Shown: positions 63,648 through 64,000 of the stretch, one piece after another | How positions within the stretch are numbered: the stretch's first letter is position 1 | Layout of the letters: each line of letters opens with the position of its first letter | NCBI RefSeq assembly: GCF_002571385.2 | Contig: NW_019217828.1 | Location: 156,394-220,393, forward strand | Source of the DNA: Stylophora pistillata | Taxonomy: Eukaryota | DNA length: 64,000 nucleotides | Direction of reading: 5' to 3' | The notes under the pieces: model-generated | Databases searched by the model: none | Told to the model about the DNA's origin: nothing | The model's input: only the letters and a program-made list of their open reading frames with translations | Program-made: the position numbers and the translations under genes

Positions 63648-63839
63648 GTGAGTTGATTGCGATATTTTGGACAAACTAAGGCGTATGGAATAGAAGAAGC
63701 ACTTTCTGCGTCTTTCTTACGTATCTGTTTGACTTTCTGTCTGCCTGTCTCTTTTGACAGTCTACCAGGGCTAACTTTGTCTTCCTTTATCTTTCTGTGC
63801 CTGTCTCTCTTGTGTTAACTATGTTCAAACCGTAATGGG

Positions 63840-63987
63840 GGTAAGTTTCTAAAGAAACTACGGTACTGCGTCGGTGGGGGAGTATGAAAAGATAATTTGG
63901 TTTTATCAACTGAATTGATAATGTAACTGGCCACAGTAAAGGGTTTATAAGCTGACGTTTCGAGCCTTAGCCCTTCGTCATTCGCTC
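63840..63987 (-). mobile_element. Penelope-like pLTR, second subfamily, with hammerhead-like motif
   Basis: The minus strand reads TGACGA-A-GGGC-TAAG-GCTC-GAA-ACGT-C-AGC...CCCACCGACGCAG. Confidence 0.7.
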
Positions 63988-64000
63988 AATTTACATTGTC

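Noticed and set aside
63761-63835. Final exon of PLPP-B
   Set aside because: An acceptor and short ORF exist but show no similarity to paralogue A exon 6; the true exon may lie beyond the window.

Overview
AT-rich eukaryotic genomic DNA with spliceosomal introns. The repeat families suggest a cnidarian, probably a scleractinian coral (inference). Genes reconstructed by hand from splice sites: the 5' four exons of KRI1 (-), head-to-head with an 8-exon PIGG (+); three intronless 4-EF-hand paralogues; a 10-exon ATP6V0B (-) that the ORF track misses entirely; two carbohydrate sulfotransferases (the second has one in-frame TAA); an O-fucosyltransferase-like gene; and two tandem PAP2/PLPP lipid phosphatases (one with a GC-AG intron). 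Mobile DNA includes a CR1/L2-type LINE, a Tx1-like LINE relic, Penelope pLTR fragments carrying minimal hammerhead ribozyme motifs, Kolobok, Harbinger, hAT-like (5-bp TSD), pogo-like and TTAA MITEs, tRNA SINEs and long-hairpin elements. The most unusual item is a decayed Helentron-like polyprotein (about 32.6-35.5 kb, -). It reads as a 2A/StopGo-like motif, then a herpes-tegument-type deubiquitinase domain, a second degenerate copy, and the start of a RepHel-like region. All homology calls come from motif recognition, not database searches.
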